From contig JBLIRN010000003.1 in NCBI GenBank assembly GCA_049472315.1, positions 7,523 through 71,522 on the forward strand: a stretch of 64,000 nucleotides of DNA, read 5' to 3'. Shown one piece after another: positions 23,084-33,689 of this stretch (its first letter is position 1; each line of letters opens with the position of its first letter). The translations under genes were made by a program, and so were the position numbers. The notes beneath the pieces were generated by a model that had not been told where the DNA came from, did not search any database, and saw only the letters and a list, made by a program, of their open reading frames with translations. Source of the DNA: a bacterium (GTDB lineage: Bacteria; SZUA-182; DTGQ01; JAFGSM01).

Positions 23084-23617
23084 ATGGATGGAAATACGGA
23101 TGGATCCCAGCCCGCCAAGAGATACAGACTAACCATACTGGGATTGGGGAACCTTTTGTTCAAAGACGAGGGATTCGGGGTCCATTTTGTAAGGGCGTTT
23201 CAGGGCAAGTACCGCCTCCCCGATGATGTAGCCGTTATAGACGGCGGCACCCTCGGGTATATGCTCATGGATGACATCTGTCAGACCGAGCACCTGGTGG
23301 TTGTGGATACGGTGAGGGCCGATGACGCCCCCGGCTCAATTTACCGTTTCACTCCCGAGGCGATTCCCCTGCGGGTGCATTACAATGTAAGCGCCCATGA
23401 GGTGGAGTTCCTGGACGTACTCTCCAAGGCGGCAATGCTGGGGGAGGCCCCCGAGACCGTGATCATCGCGGTCGTGCCCGAGGACATTGTGGGCACGGGG
23501 ATTGAGCTGACCCCGTCGGTACAGGCATCTCTGCCGAAGGTGGAGGCACTGGTGAAGGAGGAATTGCATAGGATGGGGGTCGCGGTTGACGAGATGCACC
23601 CTGAGCAGGTGGGGTGA
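23084..23617 (+). CDS. Hydrogenase maturation endopeptidase (HyaD/HybD family)
   Basis: LGLGNLLFKDEGFG, IDGGT and SAHEV. Confidence 0.92.
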   Translation: MDGNTDGSQPAKRYRLTILGLGNLLFKDEGFGVHFVRAFQGKYRLPDDVAVIDGGTLGYMLMDDICQTEHLVVVDTVRADDAPGSIYRFTPEAIPLRVHYNVSAHEVEFLDVLSKAAMLGEAPETVIIAVVPEDIVGTGIELTPSVQASLPKVEALVKEELHRMGVAVDEMHPEQVG

Positions 23618-23674
23618 GACACCGGGGTTTCACTACGTAATAACCCCCAATCCGTTGAAAGAGGAACATCGATC

Positions 23675-23923
23675 ATGTGTATTGCATTTCCGGCAAAGGT
23701 ATTCAAGATCGAGGAGAACAACATGGCCCTGGTCGAGATCGAGGGGACGGTCAAGAGGGTCTCCCTTGATCTCTTGGATGGGGAGGTCTCCCTGGGCGAT
23801 TATGTCATTTCCCATGCAGGATTTGCCATCCATCTCGTGGATAAGGATGCCGCCGAGGAGAGGCTTGAGCTCCTCAGGGAATTGATCAGCATCGAATGCG
23901 GGGATGAACAGGAATCGCCATGA
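23675..23923 (+). CDS. hypC: Hydrogenase assembly chaperone HypC
   Basis: MCIAFPAKV and GDYVISHAGFAI. Confidence 0.96.
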   Translation: MCIAFPAKVFKIEENNMALVEIEGTVKRVSLDLLDGEVSLGDYVISHAGFAIHLVDKDAAEERLELLRELISIECGDEQESP

Positions 23924-25026
23924 AGTACATCGATGAATATCGTGATCGCGACATCTCCGCGGCACTGCTGAAGCGGATCACGGCCCTGAAGGGGGAGATC
24001 CCGCACCCTGTCAAGATCATGGAGATATGCGGGACCCATACCGTGTCAATCTCCAAGTCCGGCATTCGCCAACTGCTGCCGGATGATCTACAGATCATCT
24101 CAGGCCCCGGGTGTCCGGTGTGCGTTACTCCGCTCGGGGAGGTGGATGCGGCCATCGACCTGGCATCCATGGATGAGGTCATCCTCACGACGTACGGCGA
24201 CATGGTTCGGGTTCCCGGGACCGCATCGAGCCTCCAGGAATTAAAGGCCTCCGGCAGTGATATCCGGGTGGTCTATTCATCCCTGGATGCACTGGAGATC
24301 GCGGAGAAGAACCCGGAACGGCAGGTGGTGTTTCTGGCGGTGGGATTCGAAACCACCGCACCCGCATCCGCCCTGGCCATCCATCGGGCGAGGGACAGGG
24401 GGCTCGGCAACTTCAGCGTGCTCTGCCTGCACAAGGTGATTCCCCCGGCCTTGCATGCGTTATTGCCGGAGAATGCGAACCGAATCGACGGATTTATCTG
24501 CCCGGGGCATGTGAGCGTGATCATCGGTGCACAGGCGTATGAATGTCTGGCCAAGGCAGGCAAGGCCGCGGTGATTACAGGGTTTGAACCCCTGGATATC
24601 CTTGAAGGGCTATGGTTGATTATGCGGCAGATCCGTGCCTGCGAACCGAAGGTGGAGATACAGTATGCCCGGGTGGTAACCTGGGAGGGAAACAGGACCG
24701 CGCAACGGGAGATGGAAAGGGCCTTCGAGCCCTGCACCGCATCATGGAGAGGGCTCGGAGAGATACCAGAAAGCGGACTGAGGATACGGGAGGAATTTCG
24801 AGCCTGTGATGCAGCGGCGCGTTTCGGGGTAACCGTAGAACATAAGGCGGATCCCCCCGGCTGCTCCTGCGGGGATATCCTGCGGGGGATGATGTCGCCT
24901 CAGGAGTGCGCACTGTTCGGCACTGCCTGCAATCCCTCTCATCCGGTGGGGCCCTGCATGGTTTCCTCGGAAGGCGCGTGCGCTGCATACTACAAATATT
25001 CACAGCGGAAAGGCACAAGGCAATGA
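23920..25026 (+). CDS. hypD: Hydrogenase maturation factor HypD
   Basis: MEICGTHT, GPGCPVCVT, GFETT and GPCMVSSEGAC. Confidence 0.97.
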   Translation: MKYIDEYRDRDISAALLKRITALKGEIPHPVKIMEICGTHTVSISKSGIRQLLPDDLQIISGPGCPVCVTPLGEVDAAIDLASMDEVILTTYGDMVRVPGTASSLQELKASGSDIRVVYSSLDALEIAEKNPERQVVFLAVGFETTAPASALAIHRARDRGLGNFSVLCLHKVIPPALHALLPENANRIDGFICPGHVSVIIGAQAYECLAKAGKAAVITGFEPLDILEGLWLIMRQIRACEPKVEIQYARVVTWEGNRTAQREMERAFEPCTASWRGLGEIPESGLRIREEFRACDAAARFGVTVEHKADPPGCSCGDILRGMMSPQECALFGTACNPSHPVGPCMVSSEGACAAYYKYSQRKGTRQ

Positions 25027-25685
25027 AGATACCGGTGGTAACGAATATTCTCAAGGCAAATCAGCAGATCGCCAACGATAACAGGTCCCTGTTCCAACAG
25101 AAGGGGATCTATGTGATGAACCTGATGAGCTCTCCGGGGGCGGGAAAAACCACGCTTCTGGAACGTACCATAGGCACCCTCAAGGATCGGTACCGCATGG
25201 CGGTTATCGAGGGTGACATCCAGGACACCTGTGACAGTGCGCGCATCGCCGCACACGGCATCCCCGCCGTCCAAATCAACACCGGCGGCGCCTGCCACCT
25301 GGATGCACCCATGATCCATCAGGCCCTCTCTTCGCTTGATCTTGACGGTCTCGATGTCCTGGTGGTCGAGAATGTCGGGAACCTGGTGTGCCCGGCTGAA
25401 TTCGATATCGGGGAGCACGACAAGGTGATGATCCTGAGCGTTACCGAAGGGGACGACAAGCCCCAGAAGTACCCGCTCATGTTCTCCCTGTCCTCCGCCC
25501 TCCTCCTCAACAAGATCGATCTCCTCCCCCATGTGTCCTTTGATATGGATAAGGCAAAGGATGTCGCGAGAAAATTGCGTCCCGGCATAGAGATATTCGA
25601 TGTCTCGTGTACGAAGGGTTCCGGCCTGTCAGCCTGGTGTGAATGGCTTGCGCAGAGGATTGACGGAGCCAGGGCCGGCGCATGA
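25023..25685 (+). CDS. hypB: Hydrogenase nickel incorporation GTPase HypB
   Basis: SSPGAGKT, GACHLDA, ENVGNLVCPA and NKID; ATGA overlap with hypD. Confidence 0.96.
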   Translation: MKIPVVTNILKANQQIANDNRSLFQQKGIYVMNLMSSPGAGKTTLLERTIGTLKDRYRMAVIEGDIQDTCDSARIAAHGIPAVQINTGGACHLDAPMIHQALSSLDLDGLDVLVVENVGNLVCPAEFDIGEHDKVMILSVTEGDDKPQKYPLMFSLSSALLLNKIDLLPHVSFDMDKAKDVARKLRPGIEIFDVSCTKGSGLSAWCEWLAQRIDGARAGA

Positions 25686-25697
25686 CGGGAGTGTTCC

Positions 25698-28025
25698 ATG
25701 GCCCGGAGCGATGTGCATACCAGAAAAAGGATACAGGTCAGAGGGGTGGTGCAGGGGATCGGGTTTCGCCCCTATATCTACCTCCAGGCAACCAGGCGTG
25801 ACCTGAAGGGGCTGGTATTCAATACGGTGCAGGGGGTAACCATCGAGGTGGAGGGGGAGGAGGCAGCGGTCAACGAATTCGTTGACGATCTGGAGACAAG
25901 GCCGCCTCCCCTTGCCCGGATCAGCGGCTTCGATGTCGCCGCCATCCCCTTGCAGGGTGAGACCTCCTTCGTCATCAAGGAGAGCCTGGGAGGATGTGAT
26001 CCTGCGGTGGTCATTCCCCCCGATCTCGCCCTGTGCCCCGAGTGCCTGAAGGAGTTAAACGACCCGTCTGACCGCCGCTATCGGTATCCATTCATCAATT
26101 GCACCCAATGCGGCCCCCGTCTCACCATCGTCAGGAAGGTCCCCTATGACCGTGAGAATACCTCCATGGCCTCCTTCCGCATGTGTCCGGAATGCGAGGC
26201 GGAATTCCATGACCCTTCAACCAGGCGCTTTCATGCCCAGCCCAATGCCTGCAGCCGATGCGGTCCCCGCGTCTGGCTCGTGGATAATGCGGGAAGCCTT
26301 ATCCAGGCAGACGATCCCGTGCGAAGGACCGCGAAGTTGCTCAAGGAAGGGGCAATTGTGGCCATCAAGGGCCTGGGCGGGTTTCACCTGGCGGTCGATG
26401 CAACAAATGAGGAGGCGGTGCAGCGTCTCCGCTCGCGAAAATCCAGGGAGGGGAAACCGCTCGCCGTGATGTCCGGCAGCATCGACACGATACGGCTCTA
26501 TGCGGAGGTCGCCGCACAGGATGCAGCGCTGCTCGATGGCCCTCTCCATCCCATCCTGCTTTTCCCCAAAAGGGAGCCGAATCCCCTGGCGCCCTCGGTG
26601 GCGCCGTGCCAGCGCTCCTTCGGCGTGATGCTCCCCTACACCCCCGTGCACGCCATGCTCCTTGCCGAGGGGTTCATCGCCCTGGTGATGACGAGCGGAA
26701 ACCGCTCGGAGGAGCCGATAGCGATCCAAAACGCCGAGGCGATGGAATCCCTGCAGGACATTGCCGACTGTTTTCTCCTCCATGACAGGGAGATCCTGGT
26801 GCGCTGCGATGATTCGGTGGTCATGCCGGTCAACGGCACACATTATGTTATCAGACGGGCACGCGGGTATGTCCCGCTCCCTGTTCGCCTGCGCGGTTCC
26901 TTGGAGCCCGTGCTGGCCCTCGGGGCGGAGATGAAGAATACCCTGTGCGTGCTGCGGGAAGATCAGGCATTTCTGAGCCAGCATATCGGGGACCTGGACA
27001 GCCCTGGTGCGCGGCGTTTTTTCGACGAATGCCTCAGCAGGACACAGGAGATCGCCGGGGTCTTCCCGCGGATCATTGCCCACGATCGCCACCCCGACTA
27101 CCATACCACACGGCTTGCCTCCGGCATGTCCGGCATGAAGGATACGTGTTGCTATGCGGTCCAGCACCATCATGCGCACCTGGTGAGCTGTATGGCGGAC
27201 AACGAACTGAAAGGCCCTGTGGCCGGCCTGATCTTCGATGGCACGGGGTATGGAACGGACGGCACGATCTGGGGAGGGGAGGTGCTGGTGGGGGACGAGG
27301 TCCGGTTTGAACGTGCGGCCCATATTGCGCCGTTTCCCCTGCCCGGCGGAGATGCGGCGACCCTGAATCCCTGGCGCATTGCCCTTGGCCTGCTTTTGCG
27401 GATTCACGAGGGAAGCGAGGATGCCCTTTCCCATGTGATCAACACGATTCTGGACCGGGAGGGGATTTCTCCCTCCGCGTACTCATCCATTCACACCATG
27501 CTGGACAGGGGGATCAACACCCCCATCACATCGAGCATGGGGCGCCTCTTTGACGCAGTGTCAGTGCTTCTCGGATTCACCGGGAGGGTCAGCTATGAAG
27601 GGCAGGCCGCCATTGAACTCGAGTACCATGCCTCCCGGAGTGATGACCCTGGGACGTACCCGGTGGTCGTCTCCACCGAGGCATCCCCCTGGAGAATGGA
27701 GATCGCCCCGATTATCCTGGGCATCGTCGAGGACCTCGACCGCATGGTCCCTCGCGAGGTGATCGGACGCAGGTTCCACACCACCATCATCCGGATGGGC
27801 GTCGATGCCGCCCGCGCTGTGTGCGAGCGCCATGCGATCGACCGCGTGGTTGTGAGCGGGGGGTGCTTCCAGAATCGAATCCTTCTTGAAGGAATTGTCG
27901 AGGGCCTGCGCAGGCAGGGTATCCATGCATTCTTCCACCGGCACGTCCCCACCAACGACGGCGGCATTTCCCTCGGCCAGGCGGTGTGCGCCGCTGCGCT
28001 CAATGCGCGGGCAAATCCCCGGTAA
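25698..28025 (+). CDS. hypF: Carbamoyltransferase HypF
   Basis: GVVQGIGFRP acylphosphatase domain, CxxC fingers, QHHHAH and PTNDGGISLGQ. Confidence 0.97.
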   Translation: MARSDVHTRKRIQVRGVVQGIGFRPYIYLQATRRDLKGLVFNTVQGVTIEVEGEEAAVNEFVDDLETRPPPLARISGFDVAAIPLQGETSFVIKESLGGCDPAVVIPPDLALCPECLKELNDPSDRRYRYPFINCTQCGPRLTIVRKVPYDRENTSMASFRMCPECEAEFHDPSTRRFHAQPNACSRCGPRVWLVDNAGSLIQADDPVRRTAKLLKEGAIVAIKGLGGFHLAVDATNEEAVQRLRSRKSREGKPLAVMSGSIDTIRLYAEVAAQDAALLDGPLHPILLFPKREPNPLAPSVAPCQRSFGVMLPYTPVHAMLLAEGFIALVMTSGNRSEEPIAIQNAEAMESLQDIADCFLLHDREILVRCDDSVVMPVNGTHYVIRRARGYVPLPVRLRGSLEPVLALGAEMKNTLCVLREDQAFLSQHIGDLDSPGARRFFDECLSRTQEIAGVFPRIIAHDRHPDYHTTRLASGMSGMKDTCCYAVQHHHAHLVSCMADNELKGPVAGLIFDGTGYGTDGTIWGGEVLVGDEVRFERAAHIAPFPLPGGDAATLNPWRIALGLLLRIHEGSEDALSHVINTILDREGISPSAYSSIHTMLDRGINTPITSSMGRLFDAVSVLLGFTGRVSYEGQAAIELEYHASRSDDPGTYPVVVSTEASPWRMEIAPIILGIVEDLDRMVPREVIGRRFHTTIIRMGVDAARAVCERHAIDRVVVSGGCFQNRILLEGIVEGLRRQGIHAFFHRHVPTNDGGISLGQAVCAAALNARANPR

Positions 28026-28277
28026 TGCAGAGGGGATAGCCTTAAGATGAAACGATGCCGCGATATTCCCTTGTGACACCGGGGCAGGCCATTGATTCCC
28101 TTCCGGCCCGGCGTCATCTACATTGATATTTCGATAAGCTTATGATAACATTTAAATAACTACTCATTGCCACATTTGTCTTAGAACCAATTGTCGTGCA
28201 TAATTTATAATTTGAAAAGTAGTTCTTAATTGTTATGAAGTATTATTTGGTGTTATGGTTAAAATAAAGGAGAAAAC

Positions 28278-28502
28278 ATGAAAGTAATATTAACGGCAGT
28301 TTTTGAAAAATCACCCTATGGTTATATTGGATATGTTGAAGAACTACCAGGGGCTAATACACAGGGAACGACTCTTGAAGAAACGAAAAGGAATCTTGTT
28401 GAAGCAATACAATTAGTTTTGGAAGCTAACCGGCAACTTATTGAAGAAGAGATATCTGAGAGAGAAACAATAAAAGAACCATTAGGCGCTGTTTCAATAT
28501 GA
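28278..28502 (+). CDS. hicB: HicB-family antitoxin (short)
   Basis: GYVEELPGANTQGTTLEE...NLVEAI; AT-rich. Confidence 0.88.
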   Translation: MKVILTAVFEKSPYGYIGYVEELPGANTQGTTLEETKRNLVEAIQLVLEANRQLIEEEISERETIKEPLGAVSI

Positions 28503-28684
28503 AACATCAGGATCTAGTTCGCCATATCGAGAAGCATGGGTGTGAGTTCTTAAGGGAAGGTGGCAATCATACAGTCTATGTAAATCGCAAGGAAAAGAAA
28601 GCAACCACCATTCCAAGACATCGTGATATTGATGATGATTTATCCAGAAAAATCTGTAAAGACCTGGGCATCCCAAAGCCATAA
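28499..28684 (+). CDS. hicA: HicA-family mRNA interferase toxin
   Basis: GCEFLREGGNHTVY...IPRH; overlaps hicB. Confidence 0.9.
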   Translation: MKHQDLVRHIEKHGCEFLREGGNHTVYVNRKEKKATTIPRHRDIDDDLSRKICKDLGIPKP

Positions 28685-29534
28685 CAAGCTCATATACAGG
28701 CAGATGGCTTGGAGAGTGTGGCGCTCCTTGCCACGCTAATGCTTTATATAATGCGGAAGCTGTTCCGCTAAATAAATCTATAACTCTGCTTGCCGACTTG
28801 AAGGAGGTCGAAACTGAGCACCTCGGAAGTCGCAACGATTGAGGCCTTCTTTCTCAATGCCTTTGCCCTATGTGTAGTTGCCTACCAGACGAGGCTAACT
28901 CGGAAATCACTGCGAACAACCAATAGATCCTTGGTGTTGTCCATCAGGATGATGCAGGTTGAGATGTTGCTCAATGCGAACTGGATTATTAATGTGCGAT
29001 TGCATCCAGAAATGCGGATAGCTGACCTTGAGAGGGTAATTGAGGACTGCCGGATCACCTCAAAATGCGCGACGCGGATAGGATGAAGGCTATGGCACGG
29101 GCCGGCTCGAAGACTCCTCATGGACTTGTCGGAATTTCGGCACACCTGCTGAATTCATCCCAGAAAAAGTAGTCCATAAATTGAGGGAAAATCTTCTTCC
29201 TATATTCATTGACCTGTTCTTTCATAGTCATGAGAAGGAGCTGGTTATAGTATAATGAAAATCTGAAATCGATTATGGATATTTTAGCAATTAATATATC
29301 GAAATTAATAGGTTAACCCTCAATCTTATTTTAAACGGTCGAATAGTGGTGCTCGTAACCAAGAGGAAAATGGCGGCGTCTATGTTATTTTAGAGAATGA
29401 GCTATTTCAGGTGACAAATATGGTAAGACTTATTATGCAAAGGGGGTGATTCATCGTTAGAGATTAAAAGATAAGCGTGGACCCATAAGGGGTTATGAAT
29501 CTTGATGGTAAGTCCTGACAGGGATGGCAGCCAC

Positions 29535-31829
29535 ATGAAAAGAACACCTATCATAATAATGCTCACCATACATTTTCTCCTATGTTGTACCCTTGGCTTC
29601 AGTCTGGTAACTCAAGCATCGGCAGACACGGATTATTTTTCGGAGAATGCTGAACGGCTGAAGGAGGAGGGGGACTTTGAAAACTGGCCGGGCAAAAACG
29701 GACCGGTAAGGGCGGGGATAATCCTGAGCAAGGATCATTTCAGCTCGCTGCAGGAAGCGGAGGAGGATGATATACCCATCATTCGTATTATGGATGACGT
29801 TGAGGGCGTACTGGGAACCAGGTACAGTTATGGGTGGATAGTCAAGGAGAAGGGGAAGGTACGCATCAAAATTCATGTGATGCAGACCTGCCTCCAGGCG
29901 CAGAATTTTTTGATCTGGAGATTTGCTACCTGTAGCATGGCTAATATTCATTTGCCCTCCAGGGGAGAGCGATACGGTATACATGCAGGGGATATCTCTT
30001 TTGTTTCAGACAATTCGATTCTTTTTGTCAGAAATAACATCCATGTCGAGATAACCGTATATGACGAAATGGAAAACGATTTAAAGGAAATCGCCGAGGA
30101 ACTGGATCAACTCCTGTTATCAAGACCCACGGGAGAGGATGCGCTTGAGCTGATGCCTGTGATTATAGGGATCAATGCGTCAGAGAGCTCCATTAAACCT
30201 GACAATATATCTGATCTGACGCTAGACATTGAATTCCCCGCAGGCAACCCCACCAATTTAGACCCAATAGAGGGGGATATTTTTGGCAGAGTTACTGACA
30301 GTCCATTCTCAAATGAGGAGTTGATTTTCATGTGGAAGACAACGGAAGGTGATGTATATCTTGACGATGTGGATCAATATTTTTATTCCTCGGAGGAAGA
30401 GGGCCTGCACATACTGACACTCCTCCTTTCGGGCAAGGATACCGGCATCGTCACGGAGGCGCAGATTACTATTGAGGTAACGGATGATGAAGGGATCGAT
30501 GAGCGATTCTGGGATTTTCTGCTGACCGCGGATGAAGTCCCCGGCTATCGCCTTACAAAGGTGCGCCATCATATTGCCTACCGCTCCAACCCCGGTGAAA
30601 CGGAATACGTGGTTGAACAAGACTGGGCTTCAATCGATGAGGACATAGAAGTCAATCTTATGATGGAGATATTTGATTCCGAAGAGGCCGCCATACGCGG
30701 AATGGATGGTTACATGGACACTGCAGAGCCATGGGTATACGGATCCGTGTATGGGGGGATCCTCGGAGCCCATTCGTGGAGAACCGGGAATTCCAATTCC
30801 GGAGTCATTTTCACCTATGGAAATGTCGGGATTCGCCTGCTCACGCATAAATATATGGAAGAGGAATCACTGAGAATAAATCAAAAGGCAATAACCGATG
30901 TGGCACTAAGGCAGATAGAAAAAATCCATCGGAATCTTGCGCCGGAGATCAATGATTTCAGAGAATCTCTGAGGCAGACGAGGCTGTCGCCCGCCGAATA
31001 CAGCCGGTATATGACCGAGGCCGTCGACGTCAATCTCAATGGATACCAGTTGATCACCAATGAGAATTCCTTTTGGCTTTTAAGGGATGAGGGCCTCAGG
31101 ATGGGTATTCGTAAGGAATGGCAGAACAGTCAAGGTAACGTCATAGGGGTGGATATCTGTAAACTGGAATCAAACGCCATGGCAACGGATACCGCATCGG
31201 AGAGAAGGGAGATGGGGATAGGTTTCTTTGATGATGAAAAGTGGACTGGTTTCCTTGATGATCAAAACGCAAGCAGGATCTTGGTCCATGGTAGTGCCGC
31301 CATCCATGTCTATAATCTCAACCATGAATATTCTGTCACACGTAAGATAAGCCCTCCTGATTATCCGCCGCCACCCCCGACATTATCTTTAATGAACCCA
31401 ATCTATAATGAGCGATTGGGTTTGACTTTTGTCTATTACGGCAATCCATATTATGATCGCGGATCTCTGTATAACCGCTTTCCTGCAACCGCATATAGCA
31501 ATATGTCTTTGAGATATCCATACAATGGCAATGTATATCCGCCTAACGCGACCTCTTATGTACGGAATAGCGCAGCGCCTACTTATATAACCGCCGGATA
31601 TAATTACCCGGCTTACTCTCCCGGACGATATGCCTTCTCAGTTAATCCAAGGGATTCGTATGGAGGATATATTTCCCCGTACAACTATAACCGTCCTCTT
31701 TACGGTTTTGCATCCTTTAATCCTTATCCGGCTGTATCCCCAGGCATTTTTAACATGCTTGCCAGCTCCAATCTGGGCACAGCACTAAAAGGGATTGAAC
31801 TGATGCATAATCTTTGGCCTTCGTTGTAA
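29535..31829 (+). CDS. Large secreted acidic protein with a Tyr/Pro/Asn-rich C-terminal tail
   Basis: Signal peptide (QASA-D); lower GC than the flanks; PPPPP linker then a low-complexity aromatic tail. Confidence 0.75.
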   Translation: MKRTPIIIMLTIHFLLCCTLGFSLVTQASADTDYFSENAERLKEEGDFENWPGKNGPVRAGIILSKDHFSSLQEAEEDDIPIIRIMDDVEGVLGTRYSYGWIVKEKGKVRIKIHVMQTCLQAQNFLIWRFATCSMANIHLPSRGERYGIHAGDISFVSDNSILFVRNNIHVEITVYDEMENDLKEIAEELDQLLLSRPTGEDALELMPVIIGINASESSIKPDNISDLTLDIEFPAGNPTNLDPIEGDIFGRVTDSPFSNEELIFMWKTTEGDVYLDDVDQYFYSSEEEGLHILTLLLSGKDTGIVTEAQITIEVTDDEGIDERFWDFLLTADEVPGYRLTKVRHHIAYRSNPGETEYVVEQDWASIDEDIEVNLMMEIFDSEEAAIRGMDGYMDTAEPWVYGSVYGGILGAHSWRTGNSNSGVIFTYGNVGIRLLTHKYMEEESLRINQKAITDVALRQIEKIHRNLAPEINDFRESLRQTRLSPAEYSRYMTEAVDVNLNGYQLITNENSFWLLRDEGLRMGIRKEWQNSQGNVIGVDICKLESNAMATDTASERREMGIGFFDDEKWTGFLDDQNASRILVHGSAAIHVYNLNHEYSVTRKISPPDYPPPPPTLSLMNPIYNERLGLTFVYYGNPYYDRGSLYNRFPATAYSNMSLRYPYNGNVYPPNATSYVRNSAAPTYITAGYNYPAYSPGRYAFSVNPRDSYGGYISPYNYNRPLYGFASFNPYPAVSPGIFNMLASSNLGTALKGIELMHNLWPSL

Positions 31830-31938
31830 CTATGAGTATATCCATATTCATTGTATTCCGCTCTTCGGACAGGAGGGTATCCAAGGTATACGTCCTTGCG
31901 GAGAACCTTCGTTACCATTGGGTCCGGCAAGGAATCAT

Positions 31939-32946
31939 TTAACATATTCTCGGGAGGATCTCCCCTGTCGGCCGGTCGAGCATGCGGGTTCCACCGATAG
32001 CGGTACGGATGACCACCTCACCGGCCGAATCCTCAACAACCCGGCCGATGACCGCCGCTTCCCTACCCAAGGGATGGGCCCGCATGGTCTCAAGTACCCT
32101 TTGCGCATCCTCGTCGGCGACAAAAACCAGCATCTTTCCCTCATTGGCGACATATAGTGGATCGATGCCGAGGATCTCGCATGCCCCCCTTACCGAGGGT
32201 TTTACAGGGATGGCCTCCTCCTCGAGCAGGAACGTCTTGCGCGACCTTTCAGCGATTTCATTCAGCACCGATGCGACCCCTCCCCTGGTGGGGTCCCTCA
32301 TGCAGTGAATGTGTGCCGATGCGGTCAATATCTCCTTTACCAAGGTATGCAGAAAGGCGACATCCGAGTGTATCTCGCCCGAGAAGCTGAGCCCTTCCCT
32401 CATGCTCATCACCGCCATGCCGTGATCGCCGATGGTCCCGCTCAGGATGATGGTGTCCCCCGGTTGTGCATGTGTACCGGAAATGGTGCCGGAATAGCTC
32501 ACCAGCCCGATCCCCGTGGAATTGATAAAGAGCTTGTCACCCTTCCCGTGGGGAACCACCTTGGTGTCACCGGTGATGACGCTTATGCCGGCCTCCTTTG
32601 CCGTACGCGCCATGGATGCGATGACCCGGTCCAGGTCACCCAGTGAAAACCCCTCCTCGATGATCACCGCCACGCTGAGGTAGAGGGGTGCTCCGCCGCA
32701 CATGGCCACGTCATTTAAGGTGCCGCATATGGCGAGTTTCCCTATGTCACCTCCGGGGAAGAAGAGGGGGTCCACCACGTAGGTGTCGGTGGACATGCAC
32801 AGGCGCATGCCGTTGATGGCAAATAGTCCCCCATCATCAAGAGAACCTAAAATAGGATTTGAAAAGAAAGGGAGAAAGTGCTCCTCGATCAATTGCTGTG
32901 AAAGCATGCCGCCGCTTCCGTGGGCGAGCAATATTGTGTCTGCCAT
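31939..32946 (-). CDS. hypE: Hydrogenase maturation carbamoyl dehydratase HypE
   Basis: LAHGSGG, TGDTKVV, RDPTRGG and C-terminal LPRIC. Confidence 0.97.
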   Translation of the reverse strand: MADTILLAHGSGGMLSQQLIEEHFLPFFSNPILGSLDDGGLFAINGMRLCMSTDTYVVDPLFFPGGDIGKLAICGTLNDVAMCGGAPLYLSVAVIIEEGFSLGDLDRVIASMARTAKEAGISVITGDTKVVPHGKGDKLFINSTGIGLVSYSGTISGTHAQPGDTIILSGTIGDHGMAVMSMREGLSFSGEIHSDVAFLHTLVKEILTASAHIHCMRDPTRGGVASVLNEIAERSRKTFLLEEEAIPVKPSVRGACEILGIDPLYVANEGKMLVFVADEDAQRVLETMRAHPLGREAAVIGRVVEDSAGEVVIRTAIGGTRMLDRPTGEILPRIC

Positions 32947-33283
32947 GGCCTCCATCCTCAAGCTATATGATTGAGACGGTATTCCCGACAAGCTTCTGCA
33001 TCCTGCTACGGTCTTATACCATACTTTCATTAAAAATTGTAACCGATCAATACATCTATTGTTCCTTCCGACCACCCGTAAGGCCCGTCTCGAAAATGTG
33101 CAACGGTTGCCCGACCCGTGGGGCCGGTTGAGATGTGACGCAACAAGCCATATGTGCATGGGAGGGATCTCCCGGAGGATGTTGCTCGCCAGCTTAACCG
33201 GGCGAGAATACGGTTCCTTTAAACGGTTCCCATAAAAGGATAGTGGCGATGCAATGCGGTGCGATAAAGACATAATGATGAGG

Positions 33284-33313
33284 TTGACAGGGGGAGATTA
33301 TTCTTGGTATAGT
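33284..33313 (+). promoter_or_regulatory. sigma70-type promoter of the fdn operon
   Basis: TTGACA-N18-TATAGT with a TG extension. Confidence 0.55.
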
Positions 33314-33689
33314 ATAGAATCAAATTGTTCTATTCCAAGCCTTTGTTTAGGCGGCATATCGTACGATAACAGTCTTTGTTGAACAGCGTCTTTGGCCCTT
33401 GTGGATCAACGGAGGGCCGTTAGATAAGGAATCCCTGTTGATGTTGTCTCGCTTTGCAGAAGGTGTTTTTGTCCCTTTCCCTTTCAAGTGTTTTCCATGT
33501 GATAATTCACGGCCTATATGCGCCGGAATCCATAGCAGCACCATTACCCATCCATTAACTATTCAAACCCTGAAGGGGGTGATTTTTTACTCGACGCACC
33601 AGTGTATGTATGAGTCCATCTCAGTATAGCAGTATTTATAGCCAATGCCATTCATTCCAAACGTCCTCAAAAGGAGGTGTAACATTCGT

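Noticed and set aside
28780-29160. Possible transposase or other pseudogene remnant after hicA
   Set aside because: No recognisable motif in the frames I read; needs a translated search.
33497-33512. GTGATAATTCAC as a Rex site upstream of fdn
   Set aside because: Half-site spacing is 2 nt too short for the Rex consensus.
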